Below are positions 32,477 through 43,193 of a stretch of 64,000 nt of DNA, in pieces; position 1 is the stretch's first letter, and each line of letters begins with the position of its first letter. The notes beneath the pieces were generated by a model. It was not told the DNA's origin and did not search any database. It worked only from the letters and a program-made list of their open reading frames with translations. The stretch is from NCBI GenBank assembly GCA_934351925.1, contig CAKRJT010000002.1:45039-109038 (forward strand). Reading direction: 5' to 3'. The DNA comes from an uncultured Lachnospiraceae bacterium (GTDB taxonomy: Bacteria; Bacillota; Clostridia; Lachnospirales; Lachnospiraceae). A program made the position numbers and the translations under genes.

Positions 32477-33106
32477 CTATTTAGTTCCGAATATTCTGTC
32501 GCCTGCATCCCCAAGTCCCGGAATAATATAGCCATGCTCGTTGAGCTTCTCATCGCAGGTTCCGATATACATATCTACGTCCGGATGCTCTTTCTTCATT
32601 CTCTCAATTCCCTCAGGTGCCGCTATAATGCACATAAAACGGATATTTTTGATGCCTTTCTGCTTGAGCATTGTAATGGCTGCCGACGACGAACCTCCCG
32701 TTGCGAGCATAGGGTCAACGACAAATACCTCTCTCTCCGCACAGTCCTGCGGAAGCTTGCAATAATACTCAACAGGCTCTAAGGTCTCCTCATTTCTGTA
32801 AAGGCCGATATGTCCTACCTTGGCTGCCGGTATCATGGCCAACATTCCGTCAACCATTCCCAGTCCTGCCCTTAAAATAGGAACAACAGCAAGCTTCTTT
32901 CCCGCAAGCTCCTTCACCGTCGTCCTGCATATCGGCGTCTCAATCTCCACATCCTTGAGCTTTAAATCCCTCGTGGCCTCATAGCACATGAGCATCGCTA
33001 TCTCGCTTATAAGAGTACGAAAATCCTTAGAACCCGTCTCCTTTCTTCTGAGAATCCCAATCTTGTGCTGAATCAACGGATGATCCATAATCACTACCTT
33101 GCCCAT
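32477..33106 (-). CDS. upp: Uracil phosphoribosyltransferase
   Basis: Contains [20 protein letters not shown]... and the PRPP loop [11 protein letters not shown]. Confidence 0.93.
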   Translation of the reverse strand: MGKVVIMDHPLIQHKIGILRRKETGSKDFRTLISEIAMLMCYEATRDLKLKDVEIETPICRTTVKELAGKKLAVVPILRAGLGMVDGMLAMIPAAKVGHIGLYRNEETLEPVEYYCKLPQDCAEREVFVVDPMLATGGSSSAAITMLKQKGIKNIRFMCIIAAPEGIERMKKEHPDVDMYIGTCDEKLNEHGYIIPGLGDAGDRIFGTK

Positions 33107-33189
33107 AAAATGTCCTCCCATTTCTTATTATTAGAAGATAATTGTACAATTACCGGTATCATAACACTCAGCTCTGCAATTACCCGCCA

Positions 33190-33618
33190 TTAATTTTCCA
33201 GCATATTGATACGCCTTATGTGTCTTTCCTCATTGGAAAATTCCGTGGTTAAAAATGTCTCTGTAATCTTAACCGCAAGTCCCGGTCCAATTACTCTTCC
33301 GCCAAGTGCGAGCACATTGGCATCATTATGCTGTCTTGTAGCCTCTGCCATAAAGCAGTCCGTGCAGAGTGCAGCGCGTATTCCCTTTATCTTGTTTGCA
33401 GCTATTGATATTCCTATTCCTGTTCCGCAGATGAGAATTCCTCTGTCGCAGCTTCCCTCATTTATTGCCGCACATACCTTCTTTGCATATTCAGGATAGT
33501 CGACGCTCGCCTCACTGTAGCTTCCAAAATCCTTGTATTCATATCCTTTCTTGTCAAGGTATGCCATAATCTCCTGCTTTAGTGCAAATCCGCCCTGGTC
33601 ACAACCGATTGCTATCAT
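33190..33618 (-). CDS. rpiB: Ribose-5-phosphate isomerase B
   Basis: Contains MIAIGCDQGGFALK...GILICGTGIGISIAANK...RQHNDANVL. Confidence 0.9.
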   Translation of the reverse strand: MIAIGCDQGGFALKQEIMAYLDKKGYEYKDFGSYSEASVDYPEYAKKVCAAINEGSCDRGILICGTGIGISIAANKIKGIRAALCTDCFMAEATRQHNDANVLALGGRVIGPGLAVKITETFLTTEFSNEERHIRRINMLEN

Positions 33619-33697
33619 CTTTTTCCTCTTTTCCTAAGCATGTCAGTATTTTTTTATCATGCTTATATTTTTTTCTGTCATAACTTAATAAACAATA

Positions 33698-34168
33698 TTA
33701 TTGTTCCTGCAATTCCTCATTTTCAAGCATGGTAAGCTTATTATCTACTTTATTGAGCCATTCTATCAGTGAATTACAGCACTCTATATATGCGTCCATC
33801 TCTTTTCCGTAAGGGTCAGGTATCTCTCCCGCCTCTCCGGCAAACTCCGATACGGTGAACAGATCATCCGGAGCATAGGTCTCTATGACCATCTCCTTTT
33901 CCTTATTGCCGATGGCAAGTATAAGTGTCCCCTCCGGTATGTCCTCCTCAGTAAGGGGTACAGCGGTTCTGTTATCGAGAATAATCCCCTTCTGTCTCAT
34001 AACCGCAATAGCCTTGGGATTGACCGGCTCGGGAAAGAGCACTATAAGCCCTCTCGAAATAATCTCGATATCCTTATGAACCGTAATGCGCTTCATCAGA
34101 AGCTCAGCCATAGGTCCCATACAGGTATTATTCATGCTGACAAAAACAATTCGATTATATTTTTTCAT
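33698..34168 (-). CDS. YwlE-like low-molecular-weight phosphatase homolog with a degenerate active site
   Basis: It has the LMW-PTP fold and the position expected from ywlC-ywlE-rpiB synteny. The P-loop reads VSMNNTCMGPMAE instead of VCTGNTCRSPMAE, so the Cys nucleophile and the Arg are lost. The DP acid loop (IPDPYG) is retained. Confidence 0.8.
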   Translation of the reverse strand: MKKYNRIVFVSMNNTCMGPMAELLMKRITVHKDIEIISRGLIVLFPEPVNPKAIAVMRQKGIILDNRTAVPLTEEDIPEGTLILAIGNKEKEMVIETYAPDDLFTVSEFAGEAGEIPDPYGKEMDAYIECCNSLIEWLNKVDNKLTMLENEELQEQ

Positions 34169-34204
34169 GCAAAAAGTGAACCATGATGTCCACTGCTCCT
34201 TATT

Positions 34205-35257
34205 TTATTCCACGTTTTCAATATGGTGCCCTGCCGCCTTTATAAGCCTGTTCATAACTGCCTGTCCGAAGCTGTTCTCCGCAAAACCCTCCGACAATAT
34301 TATATCCACATCTATATGGTCAAAATGTCTGAGTACGTCAAAAAGATGAGCTGCCACCTCATGTTCATCGGCACGGCTTCCAACTACGACAACCTCACCC
34401 GAAGTGTATCTGTGCTCATTCTCGGTGCTGGCAAGTATTCCCACCTTGAGACCCTTCTGTGCGTTCTCCCGTGCGAGCCCGTTTATCCTGTCGACAACCT
34501 TATCATTGTCCCCCTCAAAAATCGTCAGTTCGGCTTTGGGAGCGTAATGTCTGTACTTCATGCCCGGTGCTTTAGGTCTGCCCTGAACCGTGGAGTGTGC
34601 AAGCACTGTCGGGTCAAAGCATACATCTCCGAGAGCCCCTTTTATCATGTCGGCAGTCACATAGCCGGGTCTTAGTATCATCGGTACCTCGGAGGTCATA
34701 TCCACGATAGTCGACTCTATTCCTATCTCTATGGCTCCGCCGTCAATTATCATGTCAATCCTTCCGTCCATGTCTTCAATGACATGCTCCGCCCTCGTCG
34801 GACTCGGGCGCCCTGAGAGATTCGCGCTCGGCGCGGCTATATACACGCCGGAATCCCTTATGAGCTTCGCCGCAACCGGGTGGCTCGGCATTCTTACCGC
34901 GACGGTGTCAAGCCCTCCTGTTGTGCCATAAGGAACAATATCCTTCTTCTTAAAAATCATCGTGAGCGGTCCCGGCCAGAATGCGTCAGCCAGCTTATAC
35001 GCGCTGTCAGGTATATCGCAGGCAAGCTCATCAAGCGCGCCTATATCCGCAATGTGTACAATCAGCGGATTGTCACTCGGGCGTCCCTTGGCGCTGTATA
35101 TCTTACGCGCCGCGTCCTCCTTGAGTGCATCACCGCCAAGTCCGTACACCGTCTCCGTCGGGAATGCCACGAGACCGCCGTTTTTTAGAATCTTCCCGGC
35201 TTCCTCTATAACTTCATTTTCATTGTACTTATCTATTTTTAAAATTCTTGTCTCCAT
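34205..35257 (-). CDS. tsaC: L-threonylcarbamoyladenylate synthase (Sua5/YwlC type, with C-terminal Sua5 domain)
   Basis: Contains GGLVAFPTETVYGLGGDAL and KGRPSDNPLIVH. The start is ambiguous: ATG at 35257 or TTG at 35284. Confidence 0.88.
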   Translation of the reverse strand: METRILKIDKYNENEVIEEAGKILKNGGLVAFPTETVYGLGGDALKEDAARKIYSAKGRPSDNPLIVHIADIGALDELACDIPDSAYKLADAFWPGPLTMIFKKKDIVPYGTTGGLDTVAVRMPSHPVAAKLIRDSGVYIAAPSANLSGRPSPTRAEHVIEDMDGRIDMIIDGGAIEIGIESTIVDMTSEVPMILRPGYVTADMIKGALGDVCFDPTVLAHSTVQGRPKAPGMKYRHYAPKAELTIFEGDNDKVVDRINGLARENAQKGLKVGILASTENEHRYTSGEVVVVGSRADEHEVAAHLFDVLRHFDHIDVDIILSEGFAENSFGQAVMNRLIKAAGHHIENVE

Positions 35258-35333
35258 AAGTTCCAGCCCTGATTTTAATTCCAAACATACAGCCTGCCAA
35301 TCGGCTGTTTATTGCGCTTTTTATTCCGTATTG

Positions 35334-36212
35334 TCATCTTCTCTCCGCCGCCTGCTTCGCGTCCGCGGCATGGAGCATATCTAACCTCGCCTGCGCCGAA
35401 ACCACATCTATAACATTCTTTAAAAGCCTGTCCATATCTGAACCTTCGGTGTAGTCCGCGGCTGCATAATACCTTATTCTGTTATCATGTATCATCTTAT
35501 ATACTTTATTTTTATCCTGCGTTACCGGGTTGTACACTCCGATGGAGTAGCCCCCGTTGGAATTGACAAGCTTCATACACGGAACGTCCGTGTCGCTGTC
35601 GCCTATATATACCATATTTTTAAATGGTATTCTGATATCCTCTGGTGCAAAATAGTCATTCACCGCCGGGTCATTGATATCGAGAACTCCCTTGGATATT
35701 CTGAAAAGGTACTGCGTCTTGTTGGTGTAGTTGACCACCTGTGCCGGCCACTTCACAATTCCGTTCCCATCAAAATAGAAGCTGCTGGCATATATGCGCT
35801 CGAATGCGCCCTCCTTGGCAATCTTCGTGCCCTCTATCATCTCCTTAAGCCCTGAGGAGATAATATAATGCTCCACCTTGACACCATGCTCAAGACCATA
35901 TTGCCTCAATCTCTCAAACCAGCCGTCAACACCGTCAAACAGCTTCACCTTCGAACCATACTCCTCAAGCGCGGCATGGCTGAAATCAAGATTTCCCTCC
36001 GCCTCCTGCACCATCTTATACATGTACGCAAGATTGGAATCCATATCATTCTCTCTGGCAAGCCTTCCCGTCTCTTCCCAGAACTTCGCAACATCATAGC
36101 CCACCGACTGTATAAAACCCTGCGCCTGCATATCATCAGGCGAAAGCGTCTTATCGAAGTCATAACATATGGCAACTATCGGAAGTGTCTCCTGCTTACC
36201 TTTAATCGGCAT
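35334..36212 (-). CDS. HAD-superfamily hydrolase
   Basis: Motif I is AICYDFDKTL and motif IV is YIGDSDTDVPCM. The start is ATG at 36212 (MPIKGK) or TTG at 36233. Confidence 0.7.
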   Translation of the reverse strand: MPIKGKQETLPIVAICYDFDKTLSPDDMQAQGFIQSVGYDVAKFWEETGRLARENDMDSNLAYMYKMVQEAEGNLDFSHAALEEYGSKVKLFDGVDGWFERLRQYGLEHGVKVEHYIISSGLKEMIEGTKIAKEGAFERIYASSFYFDGNGIVKWPAQVVNYTNKTQYLFRISKGVLDINDPAVNDYFAPEDIRIPFKNMVYIGDSDTDVPCMKLVNSNGGYSIGVYNPVTQDKNKVYKMIHDNRIRYYAAADYTEGSDMDRLLKNVIDVVSAQARLDMLHAADAKQAAERR

Positions 36213-36283
36213 ATATTTAAGTCCTCTTTTCAATATAAGAATTTACTCCTGCGGCTCTAAGCCGCCTCAAAAATGCTACAAAC

Positions 36284-36312
36284 ATGATACCCTTTACGGA
36301 GTACTTTGTCAA
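36284..36312 (-). promoter_or_regulatory. Sigma-A promoter for the HAD-tsaC-ywlE-rpiB transcription unit
   Basis: On the minus strand: TTGACA (36312-36307), a 17-nt spacer, then TATCAT (36289-36284). The hairpin GCGGCT-TAG-AGCCGC follows in the leader. Confidence 0.55.
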
Positions 36313-36373
36313 GAAGGCGGTGTTTTACCGCGCCATTACCTGATTTCAACTCACTCTGCACAAGCGCACCCAA

Positions 36374-36417
36374 TAAAAAGCTGCCGGACAAAGAGTCTCA
36401 CCCTCTGTACGGCAGCA
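36374..36417 (-). terminator. Rho-independent terminator after atpC of operon 2
   Basis: On the minus strand, GCTGCCG...CGGCAGC is followed by TTTTTATT. Confidence 0.7.
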
Positions 36418-36440
36418 ATTTATATATTTATTATGTTGTA

Positions 36441-36857
36441 TTAGTTTATCTCATGCTTCCCCACCTTGCGGTAGCGGTACACCGCTCTTGCAAGTGAAGC
36501 CTGCGATACATGGTACTCCTGAATGCTCTGCTTCTGGCGGAGCTGTTCCTGTGCACGCTCCATTGCGGCTTTAGCACGAACCTCATCGATGTCCTCAGGA
36601 CGCTCGGCAGTATCGACAATCATGGTCACACGATTGTTGGCTATGTATACGAAGCCAATGCCTACGACAGCATCTATATACTCGTCACTTCCCTCAGGCT
36701 TGAAACGGACGTCGCCGATAGTGGTGGCAATCGCCATATTCTGGTGATGTGCCATGATTGCTATCTCGCCGTCTAAGCCCGGAACTACAAGAATGTCTGC
36801 CTTACCGGAAAAGAACACCTTGTTGGAGGCTAATATTTTAAGATAAAATGAGCTCAT
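36441..36857 (-). CDS. atpC: F1 ATP synthase epsilon subunit (operon 2)
   Basis: 138 aa, with an epsilon beta-sandwich and a helical tail; last gene of operon 2. Confidence 0.88.
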   Translation of the reverse strand: MSSFYLKILASNKVFFSGKADILVVPGLDGEIAIMAHHQNMAIATTIGDVRFKPEGSDEYIDAVVGIGFVYIANNRVTMIVDTAERPEDIDEVRAKAAMERAQEQLRQKQSIQEYHVSQASLARAVYRYRKVGKHEIN

Positions 36858-36872
36858 CTTACCCCGCCTCCT

Positions 36873-38285
<1,413 letters not shown>

Positions 38286-38288
38286 TTA

Positions 38289-39203
38289 TTACATGACCTC
38301 CTTTCTGGCCTTTTTCTTCTTTTTCTGAGCCTTGGCACCGGCGATTACCTCTGTTATCTCCTGGGTAATCATCGACTGTCTGGCTCTGTTATACTCTATG
38401 GACAGATTACGAATCATCTCCGCTGCACTGTCATTAGCTACCTGCATGGCACTCATTCTGGCATTCTGCTCACTGCAGAAGGACTCCATAAGTGCTCCGT
38501 ATATATAGCCCATGATTACATCCGGTACAATATTGTTAAGAAGAGCATTCGGGGATGGCTGAAGCTCTATCTCCTCGTTGAATACTCCCTGTCTCTCCAT
38601 CTCATGCTGCATAGCCATGTCTCTCGTTATAGGCAGAAGATTAATCATATCAACCTCAGTCGTTATGCTTGATTTCATGTATGTATAGATAACATATACC
38701 TCATCAAGCTCTCCTTCCTTGAACTGCTCTACAACCTCCTCACAGATAATTCTGGCTCTGTGAAGTGAAGGATTCTGTGCGGTATAATGGAACTGCTCCG
38801 CAACCGGAATATTTTTCTTCTTAAAATACTGTCTTCCCAACTCACCAACCACGAAGAGCTTGTAGTTCTTGCACTGCTCAATCTCTTCCATCGCCTTTTT
38901 AAGAACATTGTGGTTGTATGCTCCCGCAAGACCTTTATCAGCCGTAACGACGATGAAGCCCTTTACACGGTCTTCCGGTGCTTTATTCGGTCTGACATCC
39001 ATATACTGGTTCTCGACATCAGGCAGATGCCTTACAACACGGGATACCATGTTACGCAGAGCGTTAAAGTAAGGCTCCGTCTCTTCAAGACTCTTCTTTG
39101 CCTTGCGAAGCTTCGTGGAGGATATCATGTACATAGCGTTAGTGATTTTCATGGTGTCCTGAATACTTTTCATTCGGCTTTGAATTTCACGAGCATTTGC
39201 CAT
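38289..39203 (-). CDS. atpG: F1 ATP synthase gamma subunit (operon 2) with a Lys-rich C-terminal extension
   Basis: The N-terminus is MANAREIQSRMKSIQDTMKITNAMYMIS. The C-terminus is ...ITQEITEVIAGAKAQKKKKKARKEVM. Confidence 0.92.
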   Translation of the reverse strand: MANAREIQSRMKSIQDTMKITNAMYMISSTKLRKAKKSLEETEPYFNALRNMVSRVVRHLPDVENQYMDVRPNKAPEDRVKGFIVVTADKGLAGAYNHNVLKKAMEEIEQCKNYKLFVVGELGRQYFKKKNIPVAEQFHYTAQNPSLHRARIICEEVVEQFKEGELDEVYVIYTYMKSSITTEVDMINLLPITRDMAMQHEMERQGVFNEEIELQPSPNALLNNIVPDVIMGYIYGALMESFCSEQNARMSAMQVANDSAAEMIRNLSIEYNRARQSMITQEITEVIAGAKAQKKKKKARKEVM

Positions 39204-39206
39204 GAC

Positions 39207-41234
39207 TTATCCCTCCTTAGCCATATATTCGTCCCTGAAGCTCTTAGCAGCCTCAACGATAGCCTTGTTGAGCTCATCGTCAAGCTTACCGCCGTTTTCT
39301 ATCTGAGTGATAATCTCCGGGCGGTCTGTCCTGATGTGCTCAAGAAGCTTCATCTGAAAATCCTTTACATTTTTAAGCGGAAGAGGAAGCATAACCTTGC
39401 CGTTGGCAGCGCAGAGTGTGATTACCTGCTCCGCTGTGCTGAGCGGTCTGCAAAGAGGCTGCTTTAACAGCTCCATGAGCGCATGTCCGTGCTGTAACTG
39501 CTCCTTAGTCGCGTTATCAAGGTCAGAAGCGAACTGTGTGAATACCTCCATCTCCCTGAACTGTGCGAGGTCGATACGGATACTTCCCGCTGCCTTCTTC
39601 ATCGCCTTAGTCTGGGCTGCACCACCAACTCGGGATACTGAAAGACCTACGTTAACCGCCGGTCTCATACCTGAGAAGAAGAGGTCACTCTCAAGGAATA
39701 TCTGTCCATCGGTGATGGAAATAACATTCGTAGGAATGTATGCAGATACATCGCCCGCCTGAGTCTCAATGATAGGAAGTGCAGTGATTGAACCGCCGCC
39801 CTGCTCATCGGAGAGTCTTGCCGAACGCTCAAGAAGTCTTGAGTGTAAGTAGAATACATCACCCGGATAAGCCTCACGTCCCGGTGAACGCTCAAGCAAA
39901 AGTGACAGTGCTCTGTAAGCTACCGCATGCTTGCTGAGGTCATCATATACGATAAGAACGTCCTTACCCTCATGCATGAAATACTCTGCCATAGCTGTTC
40001 CCGAATAAGGTGCTATGTACTGAAGAGGTGCCGGGTCGGATGCCGTAGCGGATACGATAATGGTGTAATCCATGGCATCATGCTGCTTTAAGGTATTTAC
40101 CAGCTTGGCGATTGTCGATGCCTTCTGTCCGATAGCGACATATACGCACACAACATCCTTGCCCTTCTGGTTTAAGATGGTATCGATGGCGATAGATGTC
40201 TTACCTGTCTGACGGTCGCCGATGATAAGCTCTCTCTGTCCACGTCCTATAGGGAACATGGAATCGATTGCAAGAATACCTGTCTCCATAGGTACCGAAA
40301 CCGACTTACGGTCTACAATAGATGGTGCAGGCTGCTCTATAGGACGGTATCCGTTTTCCTTAACAGGGCCGGCTCCGTCTATAGGTGCTCCGAGTGCATC
40401 GATAATTCTGCCAAGGAAGCCCTCGCCAACCGGTATACCGGCTCTCTTGCCTGTACGCGCAACTCTTGAGCCTTCCTTAATCTCTGTATCACGTCCGAAG
40501 AGGATACAGCCTATCTCGTCTTTTCTTACATCCTGAACCATACCCTTAACGCCACAGTCAAATATAACTATCTCACCGTAGGCCGCATGGTCAATTCCGT
40601 TGATATTGGCAATTCCGTCACCGACATAGCTTACCACACCGACTTCCTTGTCCTGAGCCTCGAGCTCGAAATTGTCAATCTCGCTCTTCAATATAGAAAT
40701 AATATTCTCTGTGCTGGCTGTCGCTCCGATATCCGCCTTGGCAAGCTGCTCCCTGAACTGCTTCATTCTGCCGTTGGTGCTCCAATCGAATACGTCGTTG
40801 CCCGCCTGAATGACAAAGCCGCCGCCGAGGGTCTTATCCTCCTCGAGCTCAAATGTAAACTCTGTTGTGTTATACTGCTTTGCCACGAAGTCCTTGATAC
40901 CCTGAAGCTGCTCATCAGTAGGTGCTGTCACATACTTGAGAGTAACCACGAACTCTCCCTTGCGCTCAGGAGCTGCCTCCCTGTACGCCTTAACTATGTC
41001 CTTCCACAGACCTGTGTCAGAATTGTCACACAGAAGCTTTAAAAAGTCTCTTATCTGTAGCGGAAAGACCTTCTCAATCACATTGTGCTTGGATGCAAGC
41101 GATATTGAAGGATTGGCAAATTCCTCTGCAATCTGCGGTACAGCAGTAAAGATGTCATCTGCCTGTCCCACTATGTTCGCTGCAATATTCAGTTCGCGCA
41201 ATGTCTTAGCATAATCTTTTGCTGTACTAATCAC
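39207..41234 (-). CDS. Fused F1 delta (OSCP) - alpha subunit, 675 aa
   Basis: A single ORF with a GTG start overlapping the atpF2 stop (GTGA). Residues ~1-170 are OSCP-like (..[29 protein letters not shown]). After the linker [11 protein letters not shown] comes a full alpha subunit ([14 protein letters not shown]...[18 protein letters not shown]...). Confidence 0.9.
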   Translation of the reverse strand: MISTAKDYAKTLRELNIAANIVGQADDIFTAVPQIAEEFANPSISLASKHNVIEKVFPLQIRDFLKLLCDNSDTGLWKDIVKAYREAAPERKGEFVVTLKYVTAPTDEQLQGIKDFVAKQYNTTEFTFELEEDKTLGGGFVIQAGNDVFDWSTNGRMKQFREQLAKADIGATASTENIISILKSEIDNFELEAQDKEVGVVSYVGDGIANINGIDHAAYGEIVIFDCGVKGMVQDVRKDEIGCILFGRDTEIKEGSRVARTGKRAGIPVGEGFLGRIIDALGAPIDGAGPVKENGYRPIEQPAPSIVDRKSVSVPMETGILAIDSMFPIGRGQRELIIGDRQTGKTSIAIDTILNQKGKDVVCVYVAIGQKASTIAKLVNTLKQHDAMDYTIIVSATASDPAPLQYIAPYSGTAMAEYFMHEGKDVLIVYDDLSKHAVAYRALSLLLERSPGREAYPGDVFYLHSRLLERSARLSDEQGGGSITALPIIETQAGDVSAYIPTNVISITDGQIFLESDLFFSGMRPAVNVGLSVSRVGGAAQTKAMKKAAGSIRIDLAQFREMEVFTQFASDLDNATKEQLQHGHALMELLKQPLCRPLSTAEQVITLCAANGKVMLPLPLKNVKDFQMKLLEHIRTDRPEIITQIENGGKLDDELNKAIVEAAKSFRDEYMAKEG

Positions 41235-41716
41235 TTGTTCTCACCCGTCTTTGTCAAAAATTGGTTATAGAGTTCCCTGTCAGCAGCCTCGCCCTGTCCT
41301 GAAGCCACAACTTTAGCTGTAGCTGCAACGACAAGCTCCTCAATCTGATCCTTAGCCTGCTTGATGGTCTTCTCCTGTTCCTTAACTGCTTCTTTTCTCG
41401 CATCGTCCATAAGCTTATCTGCTGCTGTCTTTGCATCCGCAACGATTCTGTCGTACTCTGCTCCCGCCTTGACTCTCGCATCGCTTATAACTGCTGCCTT
41501 CTCTTCCTGTGCTCCGCTCAATGCCTGCTCATACTGTGCCTTAAGTGCAGCTGCATTGTCCTGAGTCGCCTTTGCATCCTCGTACTGCTTATTTATCTCA
41601 GCCTCGCGCTGTGCGATAATCTTCTTGACAGGCTTAAATAAAAGCTTACGAATGATTACATAGATGATAATCAGGTTGATAACGGTAAATAACAGATTAA
41701 TATCTATTCTTAACAT
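41231..41716 (-). CDS. atpF: Fo ATP synthase b subunit (operon 2)
   Basis: It has an N-terminal TM helix and a charged coiled coil; 161 aa. Confidence 0.88.
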   Translation of the reverse strand: MLRIDINLLFTVINLIIIYVIIRKLLFKPVKKIIAQREAEINKQYEDAKATQDNAAALKAQYEQALSGAQEEKAAVISDARVKAGAEYDRIVADAKTAADKLMDDARKEAVKEQEKTIKQAKDQIEELVVAATAKVVASGQGEAADRELYNQFLTKTGENK

Positions 41717-41752
41717 GCTATCCTCTCCTTATCTTATATTTTTCTAACCTGA

Positions 41753-41971
41753 TTAACCAAGTAAGATGATGATAAGGATAGCTACAACGAAACCGTAAAT
41801 AGCAGTTGCCTCTGCAAGCGCACCACCTAAAAGTAAAAGCTTTGTTATCTTGCTCTCTGCCTCAGGCTGTCTAGCTACTGCCTCTGTTGCCTTACCTGCT
41901 GCGATACCGATACCGATACCGGCTCCTATACATGCTAATGCTGCAATTCCTGCTCCTAATGCAATTCCCAT
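41753..41971 (-). CDS. atpE: Fo ATP synthase c subunit, H+-type signature (operon 2)
   Basis: The start MGIALGAG at 41971 lies behind GGAGG. In [11 protein letters not shown], Ile replaces the Na+-site Gln. ALAEATAIY has E54 followed by Ala instead of Ser/Thr. Confidence 0.9.
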   Translation of the reverse strand: MGIALGAGIAALACIGAGIGIGIAAGKATEAVARQPEAESKITKLLLLGGALAEATAIYGFVVAILIIILLG

Positions 41972-42009
41972 ATTTTCCTCCGTTCTGCCGTCTGGCGGCA
42001 TGTCAATAG
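41972..42009 (-). promoter_or_regulatory. GC-rich hairpin plus SD leader motif, copy 3 (atpB2-atpE2 intergenic)
   Basis: The minus strand reads CTATTGACATGCCGCCAGACGGCAGAACGGAGGAAAAT-ATG. The stem is TGCCG/CGGCA. Confidence 0.35.
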
Positions 42010-42062
42010 ATTATTAGATTTTGTCCTGCCTGCCGCAGTGACAGGCTTACATGTGCAGCCGC

Positions 42063-42755
42063 TTACTCTTCGACTGCTTCCTTAATATAAAGTGATGTCA
42101 AAAATACAAATACATATGCCTGGATTAAACCGTCAAAAATATCAAAGTAAAAACTGAATGGTACCGGCAGTACAACCGGAATTAACGACTTAAGCAGCTC
42201 CATAATAACAAACGCACCTAATACGTTACCAAAAAGTCGCATACAAAGTGACAACGGCTTGATGAATAACTCAAGAATGTTAATCGGCGTTACAATAGCC
42301 ATCGGCTGCGTAAAGCTCTTAAGCCAGCCCTTAAAGCCCTTCCTGTGTATTCCCGCGTACTGGACGAGCACAATACTCATAACGGCAAGCGCTGCTGTTA
42401 CATTGAGATCCTTCGTCGGCGGCTTAACTCCGCACAGACCAATCAGGTTGGCAAAGCCTATGTACAGAAGCACTGAACACAGATATGGCACGAAGGCTTT
42501 TCCTTCTTCCCCGGTCATTCCGATGACAAACTTCTCAAGCCAGCCTACAATGGATTCGGCAACAAGCTGTCTCTTGCTCACATTCTTAACCTTCAGCCCT
42601 CTTGTGAGGAAAATACACAGTACCAAAAGAATAGCCATGATAACCCATGTAATCACCGTCGACTCGGCAATCGGAATATTAAAGCTTCCGATATGAATGG
42701 TAAAGACTGTCTCACAGTTGAGCTCTTCCATTATCTTTTCCTTCAAATCTCCCAT
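42063..42755 (-). CDS. atpB: Fo ATP synthase a subunit (operon 2)
   Basis: Contains LSLCMRLFGNVLGA (the conserved Arg helix). The start lies behind AAGGAG. Confidence 0.92.
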   Translation of the reverse strand: MGDLKEKIMEELNCETVFTIHIGSFNIPIAESTVITWVIMAILLVLCIFLTRGLKVKNVSKRQLVAESIVGWLEKFVIGMTGEEGKAFVPYLCSVLLYIGFANLIGLCGVKPPTKDLNVTAALAVMSIVLVQYAGIHRKGFKGWLKSFTQPMAIVTPINILELFIKPLSLCMRLFGNVLGAFVIMELLKSLIPVVLPVPFSFYFDIFDGLIQAYVFVFLTSLYIKEAVEE

Positions 42756-42830
42756 GAACTCACTCCTTTCTCTATATTTAGTTTTTATGTAATACGTGGG
42801 TGCTTTCTGCGCTCACTGATACATTCACAT

Positions 42831-42858
42831 ATTTTACTCACAAAATTCAAAAATGCAA
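42831..42858 (-). promoter_or_regulatory. Candidate sigma-A promoter of atp operon 2
   Basis: On the minus strand: TTGCAT (42858-42853), a 16-nt spacer, then TAAAAT (42836-42831). Confidence 0.4.
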
Positions 42859-43033
42859 GTCCCCAAAATAATTTATTTAGTACTTTTTATCCATTTACAT
42901 AGTACACTTCACAGAATGAAAATATAAGAAAATGTAAATTTAATAAAAATTTTAGAAACTGACTACTGGTCATTTATATAATATGTGCTATCATAAAGGA
43001 CGTTGACCGCAAACACATTGTTACAATATCACA

Positions 43034-43061
43034 TTGACTGTAAACACATAAACTATATAAT
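43034..43061 (+). promoter_or_regulatory. Candidate sigma-A promoter of the yhgE/pip operon
   Basis: TTGACT (43034-43039), a 16-nt spacer, then TATAAT (43056-43061). Confidence 0.5.
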
Positions 43062-43193
43062 AAATTACAGTAATCCACATTATCAGTACCATATAATGAG
43101 AGTCAAAAGATATTTTGCTCCGCTGTAAAACAGCTCCCGCAATTCTATCATATATAATAAGGAAGTTATCAGGAAATAGGAAAGGAAATAATC

